32,000 bases of DNA from an uncultured archaeon. Lineage in GTDB: Archaea; Asgardarchaeota; Thorarchaeia; Thorarchaeales; Thorarchaeaceae. Numbering within the stretch: position 1 is the first letter of the stretch; every line of letters starts with the position of its first letter. The notes beneath the pieces were generated by a model. That model did no database searches. It saw only the letters and a program-made list of their open reading frames with translations, and was not told the DNA's origin. The stretch covers positions 235,014-267,013 of the forward strand of contig CAZYLT010000002.1 of NCBI GenBank assembly GCA_964648855.1, written 5' to 3'. Position numbers and translations under genes: made by a program. Shown here piece by piece: positions 10,182-19,750 of the stretch.

Positions 10182-10423
10182 TTTATTCACGTCTCCTGAT
10201 GCAGTGGTTGGATACAAATCGATTAGTATCGTTAGAGTCGACATTAAGGATAAAACTAGAATAGAATCCTTTGCAGTCTACTGCATCTATTGTCACTTTT
10301 CATCACCCCAGACATGATATCGTGTACCATGTCAGATTAAGGAGGTACACATCGTCGCCTCAGTGATTTGTTAAAAACATTATGGACTAGCACAGTATTG
10401 GTAATGGAGTAGGTCGTTTCGAT

Positions 10424-11092
10424 TTACCCTCGGGACCAGAACGAATCCTCTTCTAACTCCTCTTCTTCCTCGGTTTCTTCTGCCTCTTCCTCTTCTTTCT
10501 TCGCCTTTTCCACTATTTTGGCAAAGTCAGCATGGGTTCGTAACGGAATAGTATGAGGGCTATCAAGAAGCTCAACAACTAGTTCCTCTTTTGCTGCATC
10601 AACACGAACGACTCTTGCTCGCTCTCCCTTGAATGGCCCCGAAGTGAGTTCCACAACATCGTCTGTTGAAATTCCTTCTGCGGCTGGCTTTGGCACCAGG
10701 AATTTGTCAATTTCTTCGAAGGTTACCTTGCCGCTTACCCTTCCTCTCACATGAGGAACGCCCGAAATAGCAATCTCAACATCTCTAAACTCGAGTGTTT
10801 CAAGAAATACGTAACCCCTCAGGGTTCCAGGAACAAGAATTGCCTTTACACGTCCCAGAAGCTGATTCTGTGATATTAACTTGGGCTCCTTATCGCTACC
10901 TTTTGCCTTGTCACAACTCTGCATATGAATTCGTGTTGCTTCCTTAGACGGAAACTCCTCTGAACAATAGGGACAACCCCATACATCGGTTTCTCCGATG
11001 ACTGCGGTAGTGATTAAATCGGTCACTCCCTTTTCCTGTCCAATAGTTGTTCTAACTGCGTATATACTAGTTCTTTGCTGCAAAAGATACAC
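10424..11092 (-). CDS. spt5: Transcription elongation factor Spt5 (NusG) with inserted zinc finger and acidic tail
   Basis: NGN motifs IYAVRTTIGQE and LRGYVFLE; KOW motif DVVELTSGPFKGERARV; lies between secE and rpl11. Confidence 0.95.
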   Translation of the reverse strand: MYLLQQRTSIYAVRTTIGQEKGVTDLITTAVIGETDVWGCPYCSEEFPSKEATRIHMQSCDKAKGSDKEPKLISQNQLLGRVKAILVPGTLRGYVFLETLEFRDVEIAISGVPHVRGRVSGKVTFEEIDKFLVPKPAAEGISTDDVVELTSGPFKGERARVVRVDAAKEELVVELLDSPHTIPLRTHADFAKIVEKAKKEEEEAEETEEEEELEEDSFWSRG

Positions 11093-11101
11093 CCCAACGG
11101 C

Positions 11102-11293
11102 CTAAGAACCCGGTGTTATGCCCCAGTTCGCTGTAAGCAGTGTCATCAAGACTTGAATAATGAAACTAAGCATCCCTACAAGTACCATTGCTAGCAGGCT
11201 GACTTTTGTACTAAGCCATATTTCTTCTCTCGATGGCTTCGTAGACAGCTTCAAGATTCTTCTGCTTTCGTTGATGAAATCACCGACACCCAT
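11102..11293 (-). CDS. secE: Protein translocase SecE/Sec61-gamma
   Basis: RRILKLSTKPSREE followed by one TM helix; conserved ftsZ-secE-spt5 order. Confidence 0.93.
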   Translation of the reverse strand: MGVGDFINESRRILKLSTKPSREEIWLSTKVSLLAMVLVGMLSFIIQVLMTLLTANWGITPGS

Positions 11294-11391
11294 TTTGTTC
11301 CACTTCCTTCATAGGACTGCATAGACAGCCACTGAAACCAGATGGAATCAAAGAAGGTACTCTTTTAACCCTTGCTGAGTAACCATCGATT

Positions 11392-12534
11392 TTATTCGAG
11401 TTTTTGTATCCCAAGATCAGATTTCAAGTCCTCTGCTAGGGGGGTAACTGGCTCAGAACCCGCATCGAACACATAAGGAGAACTGACACCTGAGGCTATT
11501 ATCGTAACACGAAGTCTGTCCTCCAACTCAGGCACAATGAGCGCGCCATAGATGACCTCCGCATCAGGATTTACCTGTTCAGTGACCAGTTCCACAACAC
11601 GTTTCGCTTCCATGAGCTGAAGGTCAGTACTTCCACTGACATTCACCAGTATGTTACGTGCATTCTCAATGGATACATCAATGAGTGGATTTTTGAGTGC
11701 ATTGTAGACCGCCTCCTCTGCTCTATCCTCCCCTTGTCCCTCTCCCAGAGCAATGATTGATACTCCACCGTTCCTCATTGTGGTTCGTACATCAGCAAAG
11801 TCCAGATTAACTAACCCTGGTTTCGAGATTAATTCTGCTATGCCTTTCACTGCACGGACTAAGACTTCGTCAGCAACCATGAAAGCCTCCGGTAGTGATA
11901 AATCGGGTGCAATCTCTAGTAGTTTTTCATTCGGTATCGCGATCAGTGTATCAACATGTTCCATTAGAGCATTTAGTCCCCGTCGTGCGTTCTTTCTCCG
12001 TGTGATTCCTTCCACTTCAAACGGGAGACAGACTATTGCAACTGTGAGAGCACCGTTTTCCTTAGCTGCCTTGGCGATATGAGGAGCCGCGCCAGTACCT
12101 GTCCCTCCACCCATACCTGCCGTGATAAAGACCAAATCTCCACGAATTACATCCTTAATCACATCATAGGTTTCGAGTGCCGCAGTTTCACCTAAGTCAG
12201 GATTATTTCCTGCCCCAAGACCTCCACAACACTCTTTTCCGAGAAGCAATTTATGATGTGAATTACAGAAATACAGGTCTTGGGCGTCAGTATTGACTGC
12301 CAGCGTTTCAGCTCCTTGAACACCCACCTCCATAAGGCGTGTAATAGCATTGTTTCCTGCTCCCCCTACTCCAGCCACCAGAATTCTGGCACTGACAGTT
12401 TCAAGGAGATCTGCTAATTCCTCATCGGTTGTTTCTCCGTTATTTACGCGAATATTGGTCTGGCCTGAACGAGAGTCCCGCGCGGTAGAGGGTCCATTCA
12501 AGACCTCTTCAAGAAGTGGATGTATTATTGGCAC
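11392..12534 (-). CDS. ftsZ: Cell division protein FtsZ (FtsZ1-type position)
   Basis: GVGGAGNN, NTDAQDL, GMGGGTGTG and T7 loop NLDFADV. Confidence 0.97.
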   Translation of the reverse strand: MPIIHPLLEEVLNGPSTARDSRSGQTNIRVNNGETTDEELADLLETVSARILVAGVGGAGNNAITRLMEVGVQGAETLAVNTDAQDLYFCNSHHKLLLGKECCGGLGAGNNPDLGETAALETYDVIKDVIRGDLVFITAGMGGGTGTGAAPHIAKAAKENGALTVAIVCLPFEVEGITRRKNARRGLNALMEHVDTLIAIPNEKLLEIAPDLSLPEAFMVADEVLVRAVKGIAELISKPGLVNLDFADVRTTMRNGGVSIIALGEGQGEDRAEEAVYNALKNPLIDVSIENARNILVNVSGSTDLQLMEAKRVVELVTEQVNPDAEVIYGALIVPELEDRLRVTIIASGVSSPYVFDAGSEPVTPLAEDLKSDLGIQKLE

Positions 12535-12600
12535 CTTCTCTGTACACTTGTCAACCCTGCAGTGTATTATACTAACAAAAACTGCAATACTACGTGGGTA

Positions 12601-13578
12601 TTACTTACGTGAACGACGCTTTCGGCCCTTTCTCCTGAAGGTGCGGAGGATATCATCAATGTATATGCCATAGTCCCGCAAGAATTCTGCTGTTTCATCC
12701 AGCGTTGGTTGCCCATTTTGAGCTCCGCCCTCCGCTATCGTCTGTGCAGCGACTGCATTCGCAAAATGAAGTGCCTGTTCTATATCCTCAGAACGAGTCC
12801 ACGCTGTAACGAAGCCTGCGGCAAAGGCGTCTCCAGCCCCCAATGTGTCAGCTACATTGACCTCAAAGATACGAGAGGTACAATATTGAAAACCATCAGT
12901 AGCAATTGCACCCTCCTCTCCCATTTTAGTAATGACAATACCCGGAAATGTCTTAGCAAATTTTCGGAGTTCTCTCTCCACTGGCTTGATACCAAAGTAA
13001 TCTTTCAATTCTTTGCGATTCAAGAAGAGCAAATCGGTTCTGCGAAGGACTGCTGGGAAATCAACATTTGATGCAGCCCTTCCCGGGTCAAAAGAGAAGA
13101 TCATTCCTTCTGTTGTTGCCAACTCTGCAACTCTATTGGTTATCATAGGAAATCCCCCGGCAACATGTATTGTCTTTGCCTGTGTCAGGTGGTCTTCATC
13201 CAGTACATGCTTCTCAAGTAGGCGATTTGCACCTTGATTGGCTATGATGATTTTCTGGTCATTCTCATCTTTAATGTTGCAGAAGATACCAGTTGGTTGG
13301 TTTTCGAGAATCAATACGCCGTGAGTGTCTACACCACTGTCAGATATGCTCTTGGTAGCTGCCTCTCCAAACATATCATCACCCACACATGCGTAGAGTG
13401 CCACATCGACACCAAGCTTGGCAAGTTGAGTGGAGAAGTTTGCTGCCGAACCGCCAAACGAAATGGAAGAATTCGTACTGAAGATATGGTCACCGGGTGA
13501 AGGCAATGACTCCACATTCATGGACAAATCGACATTTATCCTTCCTATGGCAGTGACCTCAATGGACAATATGACCAC
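12601..13578 (-). CDS. PfkB/ribokinase-family carbohydrate or nucleoside kinase
   Basis: GGSAAN, VGDDMFG and DTLGAGDAFAAGF signature. Confidence 0.92.
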   Translation of the reverse strand: MVILSIEVTAIGRINVDLSMNVESLPSPGDHIFSTNSSISFGGSAANFSTQLAKLGVDVALYACVGDDMFGEAATKSISDSGVDTHGVLILENQPTGIFCNIKDENDQKIIIANQGANRLLEKHVLDEDHLTQAKTIHVAGGFPMITNRVAELATTEGMIFSFDPGRAASNVDFPAVLRRTDLLFLNRKELKDYFGIKPVERELRKFAKTFPGIVITKMGEEGAIATDGFQYCTSRIFEVNVADTLGAGDAFAAGFVTAWTRSEDIEQALHFANAVAAQTIAEGGAQNGQPTLDETAEFLRDYGIYIDDILRTFRRKGRKRRSRK

Positions 13579-14502
13579 CTAGATGAGTAAGGCAAGAATC
13601 GCCTTCTGGGCATGCAATCTATTCTCTGCCTGGTCAAAGACGATTGAATGCGGGCCGTCCATGACTTCGGATGTCAATTCTTCGTTTCTATGTGCAGGAA
13701 GACAATGCATGACGCTCACATCCTTCTTTGCTGCTTGTAGCAGTGATTTATTGACCTGAAATGGCAACAATGCCTTCTCTTTTTCTTTGGACTTTTCTTG
13801 TCCCATGCTGAAGAAGGTGTCTGTATAGATAACATCTGCATCCTTGACCGCCTCCTTCGGGTCATTGACCACTTGGAGCGTAGTGTCGAATTTCTTGCTG
13901 AGAATATCTGCTCTCTTCATTATCTCTGAATCTGGCGTATACCCCTCTGGCGAACCGATTGTGACATCCATCCCCATTATGGTACAACCTTGCATTATTG
14001 AATTGCTGACGTTGTTCGAATCTCCAACATATGCGATTTTTGTCCCCTCAAGAATGCCCTTATGCTCCTCGATAGTCAGCATGTCCGCCATTATCTGGCA
14101 TGGATGTAGGAAATCCGATAGTCCATTTATGACTGGCACCTCAGCATATTCCGCAAGTTCTGTTATCTCACTATGAGCATACACACGTGCCATGATAGCA
14201 TCACAGTAACGACTCAGTACTTGGGCTGTATCCCCGATTGTTTCCCCTCTCCCAAGTTGCGTTCCGCTTGGTGAGAGATATAATGCATGCCCTCCCAACT
14301 GTGTCATTCCAACCTCAAATGAAACTCTTGTTCGAGTGGAGGACTTCATGAAAATCATTGCGAGTGACTTGCCCTTCAAGAGCTCATGAGGCTCTTCCAT
14401 CTTCTGTTTTCTCTTCAAGTCATGAGCCGTGTCTAAAATTTTACGCAATTCGAATCTTTCAAGTTCTGACAGGTCTATGAAACTTATACCCTTTAAAGTC
14501 AA
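13579..14502 (-). CDS. argF: Ornithine carbamoyltransferase
   Basis: STRTR, HPCQ, SMG, HCLP and QAENRLH motifs. Confidence 0.96.
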   Translation of the reverse strand: MTLKGISFIDLSELERFELRKILDTAHDLKRKQKMEEPHELLKGKSLAMIFMKSSTRTRVSFEVGMTQLGGHALYLSPSGTQLGRGETIGDTAQVLSRYCDAIMARVYAHSEITELAEYAEVPVINGLSDFLHPCQIMADMLTIEEHKGILEGTKIAYVGDSNNVSNSIMQGCTIMGMDVTIGSPEGYTPDSEIMKRADILSKKFDTTLQVVNDPKEAVKDADVIYTDTFFSMGQEKSKEKEKALLPFQVNKSLLQAAKKDVSVMHCLPAHRNEELTSEVMDGPHSIVFDQAENRLHAQKAILALLI

Positions 14503-14567
14503 TCAATTCACCTCTAGATTGATGTGTATTGAATCAGAAGTCAAGTCGTAATAAGACTGACGTTGAG

Positions 14568-15479
14568 TCATCTTCCCTTGATTAACCGCTCAGTGAACCA
14601 ATTGGGGTCGAATTTCCGTAGGTCTTCATATGATTGACCGACACCCACATACACAATAGGTCGTCCAGTGATATGCACAATCGACAATGCTGCTCCTCCA
14701 GAAGGATCTGCGTCCACTTTAGTCAGAATCGCACCATCTATGCCAATGGCCTCATGAAATTCCTTCGCCTGAGAGAGAGCATCATTACCAGCGAGTGCAT
14801 CGCCCACAAAGAGTGTTAAATCCGGTTCAGCAACTCGTGCAATCTTTTTCATCTCATTGATTAGATTCTTGTTGCTTTGCATTCTTCCTGCGGTGTCAAT
14901 CAACACTACGTCGACTTTTTTCGATCTTGCATGTGCAACGGCGTCATATGCGACAGCCGCAGCATCCGACCCATAGTCCTGCTTTATTACTCGAATTCCG
15001 AGGTTTTGAGCGTGTTTTTGCAATTGCTCAATACTTCCTGCTCTGAAGGTATCACCTGCTGCTGCTACGACACTGTGCCCTTCTTTTTTGAACAGATGCG
15101 CCATTTTTGCAAGAGTAGTCGTTTTTCCCGTACCGTTTACTCCCACAAAAAGGATTGATGTTGATTGTCCCCTTGCAGCATTATTCTTGACGTACTCCAA
15201 TGGGTCCAGTTCCTCCTCTGGAGTGAGCACTTCCAATATCGATTCATGAAGTGCCTCCTGAAAAAGTTCCTCCGTATTCTGAAGCCTACCTGTACGCGTT
15301 CCGAGCAGCTTCTCTTTGGTGAGTTTGCAGATGTGTTCCGCCACCTCTACCGCAACGTCATTCTGGATGAGAACAAGTTGCAATTCCCAAACGGCATCTG
15401 AAAGGTTCTGTTCGGTCAGCTCCTTAGTGGTAGCCTTGGTGACAGCTGTGTCAAGGGCTCCACGGAGCTTCTCGAACAA
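14568..15479 (-). CDS. ftsY: SRP receptor FtsY
   Basis: GVNGTGKTT, DTFRAG, DTAGR and TKVD. Real start is likely TTG 15479 (MFEKLR), just after the pfdA stop. Confidence 0.96.
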   Translation of the reverse strand: MFEKLRGALDTAVTKATTKELTEQNLSDAVWELQLVLIQNDVAVEVAEHICKLTKEKLLGTRTGRLQNTEELFQEALHESILEVLTPEEELDPLEYVKNNAARGQSTSILFVGVNGTGKTTTLAKMAHLFKKEGHSVVAAAGDTFRAGSIEQLQKHAQNLGIRVIKQDYGSDAAAVAYDAVAHARSKKVDVVLIDTAGRMQSNKNLINEMKKIARVAEPDLTLFVGDALAGNDALSQAKEFHEAIGIDGAILTKVDADPSGGAALSIVHITGRPIVYVGVGQSYEDLRKFDPNWFTERLIKGR

Positions 15480-15483
15480 GCAG

Positions 15484-15936
15484 TTATTCCTCCTGCTGTT
15501 GGGGTTGTTGCTGCATCTGAGCCTGAGCTGCAAGCTGCTGCATTTGATTATTGATGGCTTGAGCACGGACCAACGTGTCTTCGTAGTCATCACGAAGTTC
15601 AGACAGACGCTTTTCTAGGATTTCGACTCTATCGTTGATATGTTCCTTTGCTTCGCTTAGTGACTGCTCAATTCTGACACCACTTCCAATGCCTCTGGTG
15701 ACTTTGTCAATATTCACTAGTTTTGCTTCAACAAAAACGGCTCCACCAATATTGATCAGCATAACCTCATCCTCATCTCTCTTCTCGATTTCTTCTAGGA
15801 CCTCTAGACCAGTCCTATACGAGTTGAGAGATGATTGAACCAATTGGATGCTCTCTTGCATGACTTGAATATTCGATTCCAACATCTGTTGTTCGGCATA
15901 TAACCTCTGTAACAGTGCATTGGGATCCTGAGTCAT
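15484..15936 (-). CDS. pfdA: Prefoldin subunit alpha
   Basis: Coiled coils flanking LINIGGAVFV and GIGSGVRIE hairpins; Gln-rich tail; synteny. Confidence 0.93.
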   Translation of the reverse strand: MTQDPNALLQRLYAEQQMLESNIQVMQESIQLVQSSLNSYRTGLEVLEEIEKRDEDEVMLINIGGAVFVEAKLVNIDKVTRGIGSGVRIEQSLSEAKEHINDRVEILEKRLSELRDDYEDTLVRAQAINNQMQQLAAQAQMQQQPQQQEE

Positions 15937-16181
15937 TCAAACTCGCTCTCCAGACCAAGTATTTTCCTGAGCTCTAGATCTGTTACCTCTTCAGGCTTTA
16001 ACTCAACAATCTTATCAAAAGTTAGTTCCCTTCTCTTGACCTTGTGTCTGCTTCCTATTTCCGAATAAATCTTCTCTCGAACATGTTCTTCTTTGTCCGC
16101 CATCAGCTCCACATCGAAACTGAATGTACGTTTCTTCTTTCTAAATTCGCCAGTTGCTCTCCAGATTTTGTCACTCATCAT
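15933..16181 (-). CDS. rpl18a: 50S ribosomal protein L18Ae/LX (eL20)
   Basis: EKIYSEIGSRHKVKR motif; located between eIF6 and pfdA. Confidence 0.92.
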   Translation of the reverse strand: MMSDKIWRATGEFRKKKRTFSFDVELMADKEEHVREKIYSEIGSRHKVKRRELTFDKIVELKPEEVTDLELRKILGLESEFE

Positions 16182-16197
16182 AAACCACTCAATTATC

Positions 16198-16863
16198 TTA
16201 TACCAATCCTAGAACCTGTGAGATATGGGCCATTTCCACACCAGTTGTCTGTGAACCAGTAATCATGCCATCCGAATTGGCAATCACACCAAGGTGTGTA
16301 TATGGGCTTCCTCTGTTGACAGTCCCAACTTCCACATGTACTTTTAACAGCTCTGATAGTTCATCCATCTCTTGTGTTGTCGCTAAGGGATGGACCACTG
16401 CACCTCTATTAGTGACGATGGCGTTAGAACCAACAATAGGCAATCTTGCTATCGTTCCTGGGATTACCTCTACATCCAAGATATCTTCCATCTTTTGTCT
16501 TGCGTTCTTATCGAAGTCAGGATGACACATTGCTCCGCTGTCATTCGCCAATACGATGTTTCCAAGTGCTGTCATGTTGTTGTCTATCCAATCTATTGGC
16601 ACCTCGGACATTTTTCTAAGAGACTCAAGTTCCCCGTTTCTTATTGTATAGGGCAGTAGAATACCGTTTGAATTTGCCACTGTAACAAGTCCCACCGCAT
16701 CCATAGTCGCCACGGTTGACTGGATAAAGGGTAGATTGAATGCTCTCTCTATTATATTGAGGTCCTTTTCCGACACATTCGGGCTGACAAACACGAAACG
16801 GTCTGTCGCAACTCCGTAGGCTCCGACATTGGAATCGCCCTCAAAGTTCGTACGGGCGATCAT
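16198..16863 (-). CDS. eif6: Translation initiation factor 6 (aIF6)
   Basis: ANSNG, LGNIVLAND, GTVNRGS and TTGVE motifs. Confidence 0.96.
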   Translation of the reverse strand: MIARTNFEGDSNVGAYGVATDRFVFVSPNVSEKDLNIIERAFNLPFIQSTVATMDAVGLVTVANSNGILLPYTIRNGELESLRKMSEVPIDWIDNNMTALGNIVLANDSGAMCHPDFDKNARQKMEDILDVEVIPGTIARLPIVGSNAIVTNRGAVVHPLATTQEMDELSELLKVHVEVGTVNRGSPYTHLGVIANSDGMITGSQTTGVEMAHISQVLGLV

Positions 16864-16869
16864 GGTTTA

Positions 16870-17337
16870 CTAGCCCTCCGCCAGGTATACGCGCACGAGG
16901 TCTTCGTCATTCTTTGTTGCTCGTATCCTGATTCTTCGAGGAGGTTTCTGCATACCTCGAGACCAGATTCGTTCGTTGACTTCTGGCTGAATGACTAGAA
17001 ATTCAGGCTTCATGTGCCGTTTCACAAACTTCTGGAGCTCTCTCACTGCTCGTTTGGCTCTGCGAAGTCTATTTCCAGTCCAATAGACCTTCCTTAATGG
17101 CACTGTATAGATGCGCTCATCGATGATTTCTTCTTCAGGAAGCGCTTCTTCTACGAGTTCTTCTTCCTCAAGCTCCTCTTCTTCAACAAAATCTTCAAGG
17201 TCTCCTAACTCATCGATATCCTCGAGGCCAGGCTCCTCTACTACTTCGAGCTCCGGTTCTTCCTCAAGCTCCTCGAGTTCTTCTAACTCGGGTTCCTCCT
17301 CGGAATTCTCTTCTACTTGTTCCTTATCGAGCGGCAT
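16870..17337 (-). CDS. rpl31e: 50S ribosomal protein L31e with ~70-aa acidic N-terminal extension
   Basis: ERIYTVPLR...RAKRA...VNERIWSRG..KPP core. Confidence 0.95.
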   Translation of the reverse strand: MPLDKEQVEENSEEEPELEELEELEEEPELEVVEEPGLEDIDELGDLEDFVEEEELEEEELVEEALPEEEIIDERIYTVPLRKVYWTGNRLRRAKRAVRELQKFVKRHMKPEFLVIQPEVNERIWSRGMQKPPRRIRIRATKNDEDLVRVYLAEG

Positions 17338-17368
17338 CTTTCTCTACACCTAAACCATTTCTATCGTG

Positions 17369-17443
17369 CGGCTTCAGTTTGGTCTTTCGCCATTTGCGCT
17401 GCCTATAAATCCATCTTGCCATCCTCTTTGTCTTTAAAATCAC
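17369..17443 (-). pseudogene. Degenerate rpl39e 3' fragment (copy next to rpl31e)
   Basis: Translates VILKTKRMARWIYRQRKWRKTKLKP versus intact [25 protein letters not shown]: 14/25 identical, ungapped. Stop lost and 5' half not recognisable. Confidence 0.8.
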
Positions 17444-17954
17444 GGCATGGAGGAAGACGGCATTCCACATACAACGCCTTTAATCATGCTGGCTCGCAAT
17501 GATTACGATAAAAGCGTTGTCCTATGATAATTACTCGAATTCTGTGTGGCTTTCTCTTCTGAAGCTTGAAACACAGTCACAAGTTACCACAATATTGGAA
17601 CTTGCACAGCTTGACCGTTATGACATTAAGCGAAAATTCGGGATCTATGCTAATATCGTGCTGCCAATAGAGATACAAAAATCAAGGCATAACCCAGCCA
17701 GAAACATCGTTTGTCCCACCGACCATTTTCTGCCCTATGGAATCAAAACGTACATTCTTCCACAATATGAACTGGGCATAAACCTCGGTTGTAGTGATGA
17801 AAACTTGATTTCACATCAGATTACAGATCTAAATTAAACAGAATGAGAGAATGCCACAATGCAAACTTTCCGTATCATTACTTGTTCTTTCTTCGTAATT
17901 TCATTAGAAAAACTAAAAGCGATGGATTGAATCATACTAAATGGGTGTTAGTAA

Positions 17955-19027
17955 TTGGGTGATGTCAGGAAGGCAAAAATCGTATTTTGCCTCTCTCTGC
18001 TCCTCATTTTTGGTGGATTGGGCTTAATATGGTCATCTCGTTTCTACTTCTCTTGGCAAATGGAGAGTGGGTCTGACTGGCTTCCATATGAAACAAAGAC
18101 AGCTAACGTTTCCTTAAACTCAGCAATCCCCTCTGCAAATTATAGCATAAAGGAAGTGATGCTTAATGTTACCCATTTCAACGTTTCAGAGGGCCGGGTT
18201 TCTCTTCTGATTTATGATGAGAATGACTCGCTTCTTCTCAATCGGTCTGAAATCTCAGGCAACCTAACGGTTGGATATACAAGTCGTGAGGAAATTCCGG
18301 ACTCAAGCGCTGATCCAAAAAACTTCACCCTTCTCTTTCTTTGGGAGGGAACAAATACCACAGCAAGCTTTGCATACAAAACTTACAGGCTTATATCCTG
18401 GGATGGAGTGCCTTATGTGGTCACTAATCCTGGATATTACGAGTTTATCTTCATTGGCAGTGTCTTGATTCTATTAGGGACTATCCTCTTTGTTCGGGCT
18501 TTTTGGAGTTTGAGGGGGCTGGAGGGGAAAGAAGCAACTGGGTCAGAAATCCATAAAGTCAAGGAAGGAAACAATGATGCAGAAAGCTTACAGAACAGAA
18601 ACGGTTTTTCCCTCGGGCGACGGACATTTTCATCCCCACTAATCATGTTGGGATTTCTGCAGATTGCTCGTGCAGCACTGAGCTTTCTCTTACAGTACCG
18701 AATCTTCATGTGGGTCGCCCACACAGCTATCCCGGCGGGGAAGTATTCGCACCATTTTATCCTCTGGCCATCAACCCCCTCTATTTGGCTGTCGGTATCA
18801 TCGATACTTTGTTTATGAGCTTAGTCTTCTTGCTTGAAAGTCACAGGTTTGCACGCTATTTGTTGACTTTACTGGATGTTCTATTTGTCTTTTCGCCAAT
18901 TTGGTTTTGGATAAAACTTGGTTTTGGCTATGCGCTGTTTTTCGAACCCTCCAGCATTGGTATCAGTATTCTATCGCTAGCTCACCTTGGCATCCTATTC
19001 TCGGAGAAACTCAAGCCTGCAGCGTAG
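17955..19027 (+). pseudogene. Membrane protein with external beta-rich domain, apparently frameshifted near 18710-18740 (ORFs 17955..18818 and 18710..19027)
   Basis: N-terminal TM, an external domain with many N-x-S/T sequons, then TMs. The hydrophobic pattern continues in the overlapping second frame. Confidence 0.55.
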
Positions 19028-19120
19028 AGGGTAATAGATTTGCGATTTTGCAGGTCTTGGAAAAAGAAACATTATGTGAAATGCATGGGCCCATCATCGT
19101 AATTAGTGTCGTTCAGTTGG

Positions 19121-19180
19121 CTGTCACCAGTTTCGCCGTTTTGGATTCCACCAGAACTCGCCGTTAGTCTTTACGAATAC
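19121..19180 (-). pseudogene. Degenerate rpl39e 3' fragment (middle copy)
   Basis: Translates VFVKTNGEFWWNPKRRNW*Q versus intact [20 protein letters not shown]: 12/20 identical. TGA at the Arg position, indels afterwards. Confidence 0.8.
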
Positions 19181-19311
19181 TTGAAAGGTTCTCAGCGAAG
19201 ACAATACTGACTTTGTGACAGATACAACTCAATTTCATCCATAAATATCTATTCAGAAAACTCGCTAAGAGAAGAACCCTCCGCCTTGCTGAATTGTCAC
19301 TATGTATATGC

Positions 19312-19722
19312 CTACTCTACTATGATTAGCAGATTTTCAGCATCAATACCCGTCCCTTCTTCTATAGCTTTGACCAAATTATCAAGAGCTTTAGTAATCC
19401 CTTCTCCTTCAACATCTACTATCTCTCCATTTGATTTTGCTAGGTTCACATGTGGTGTGGGGTTGAGTTCGTATCTTGTTTCCCCTTTGAATGAGAAGCT
19501 ACGAACTGTGCCCAGCTCCTCGAAGGTGCTCAAATTCTTGAGGATTGTCGACTGGCTTACGCTTTGAAGGTTTTTCCTGACTTCCTCGTATATCTCAGAA
19601 AACGATGGATGGTACCCCCGTTTACTCTCAAGAACCTTCAGCAATTCAAGTCGCTGCGGTGTGCGCCGTAGTCTGTTTTTTCTTAGGAGTTCCATGGCAA
19701 GCACTCTCTGGGCGATGCCCAT
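19312..19722 (-). CDS. Fur/PerR-family transcriptional repressor
   Basis: LRRTPQRLELL, HPSFSEIY, VSQSTILKNL winged helix and RYELNPTPH. Start ATG 19722, divergent from dps. Confidence 0.9.
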   Translation of the reverse strand: MGIAQRVLAMELLRKNRLRRTPQRLELLKVLESKRGYHPSFSEIYEEVRKNLQSVSQSTILKNLSTFEELGTVRSFSFKGETRYELNPTPHVNLAKSNGEIVDVEGEGITKALDNLVKAIEEGTGIDAENLLIIVE

Positions 19723-19750
19723 AATAAGTTTATCCGAGGTAAATGTTAAA

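Noticed and set aside
7677-10317. Antisense ORFs over ribosomal genes (7677..7979, 9321..9662, 9757..10317) and similar shadow ORFs elsewhere
   Set aside because: They are Ser-rich mirror translations of well-identified genes on the opposite strand.
15480-15593. N-terminal extension of FtsY in the ORF track
   Set aside because: It overlaps pfdA; the conserved MFEKL start is at 15479.
17499-17837. 112-aa + strand ORF in the insert
   Set aside because: No recognisable motif or SD; probably decayed DNA.
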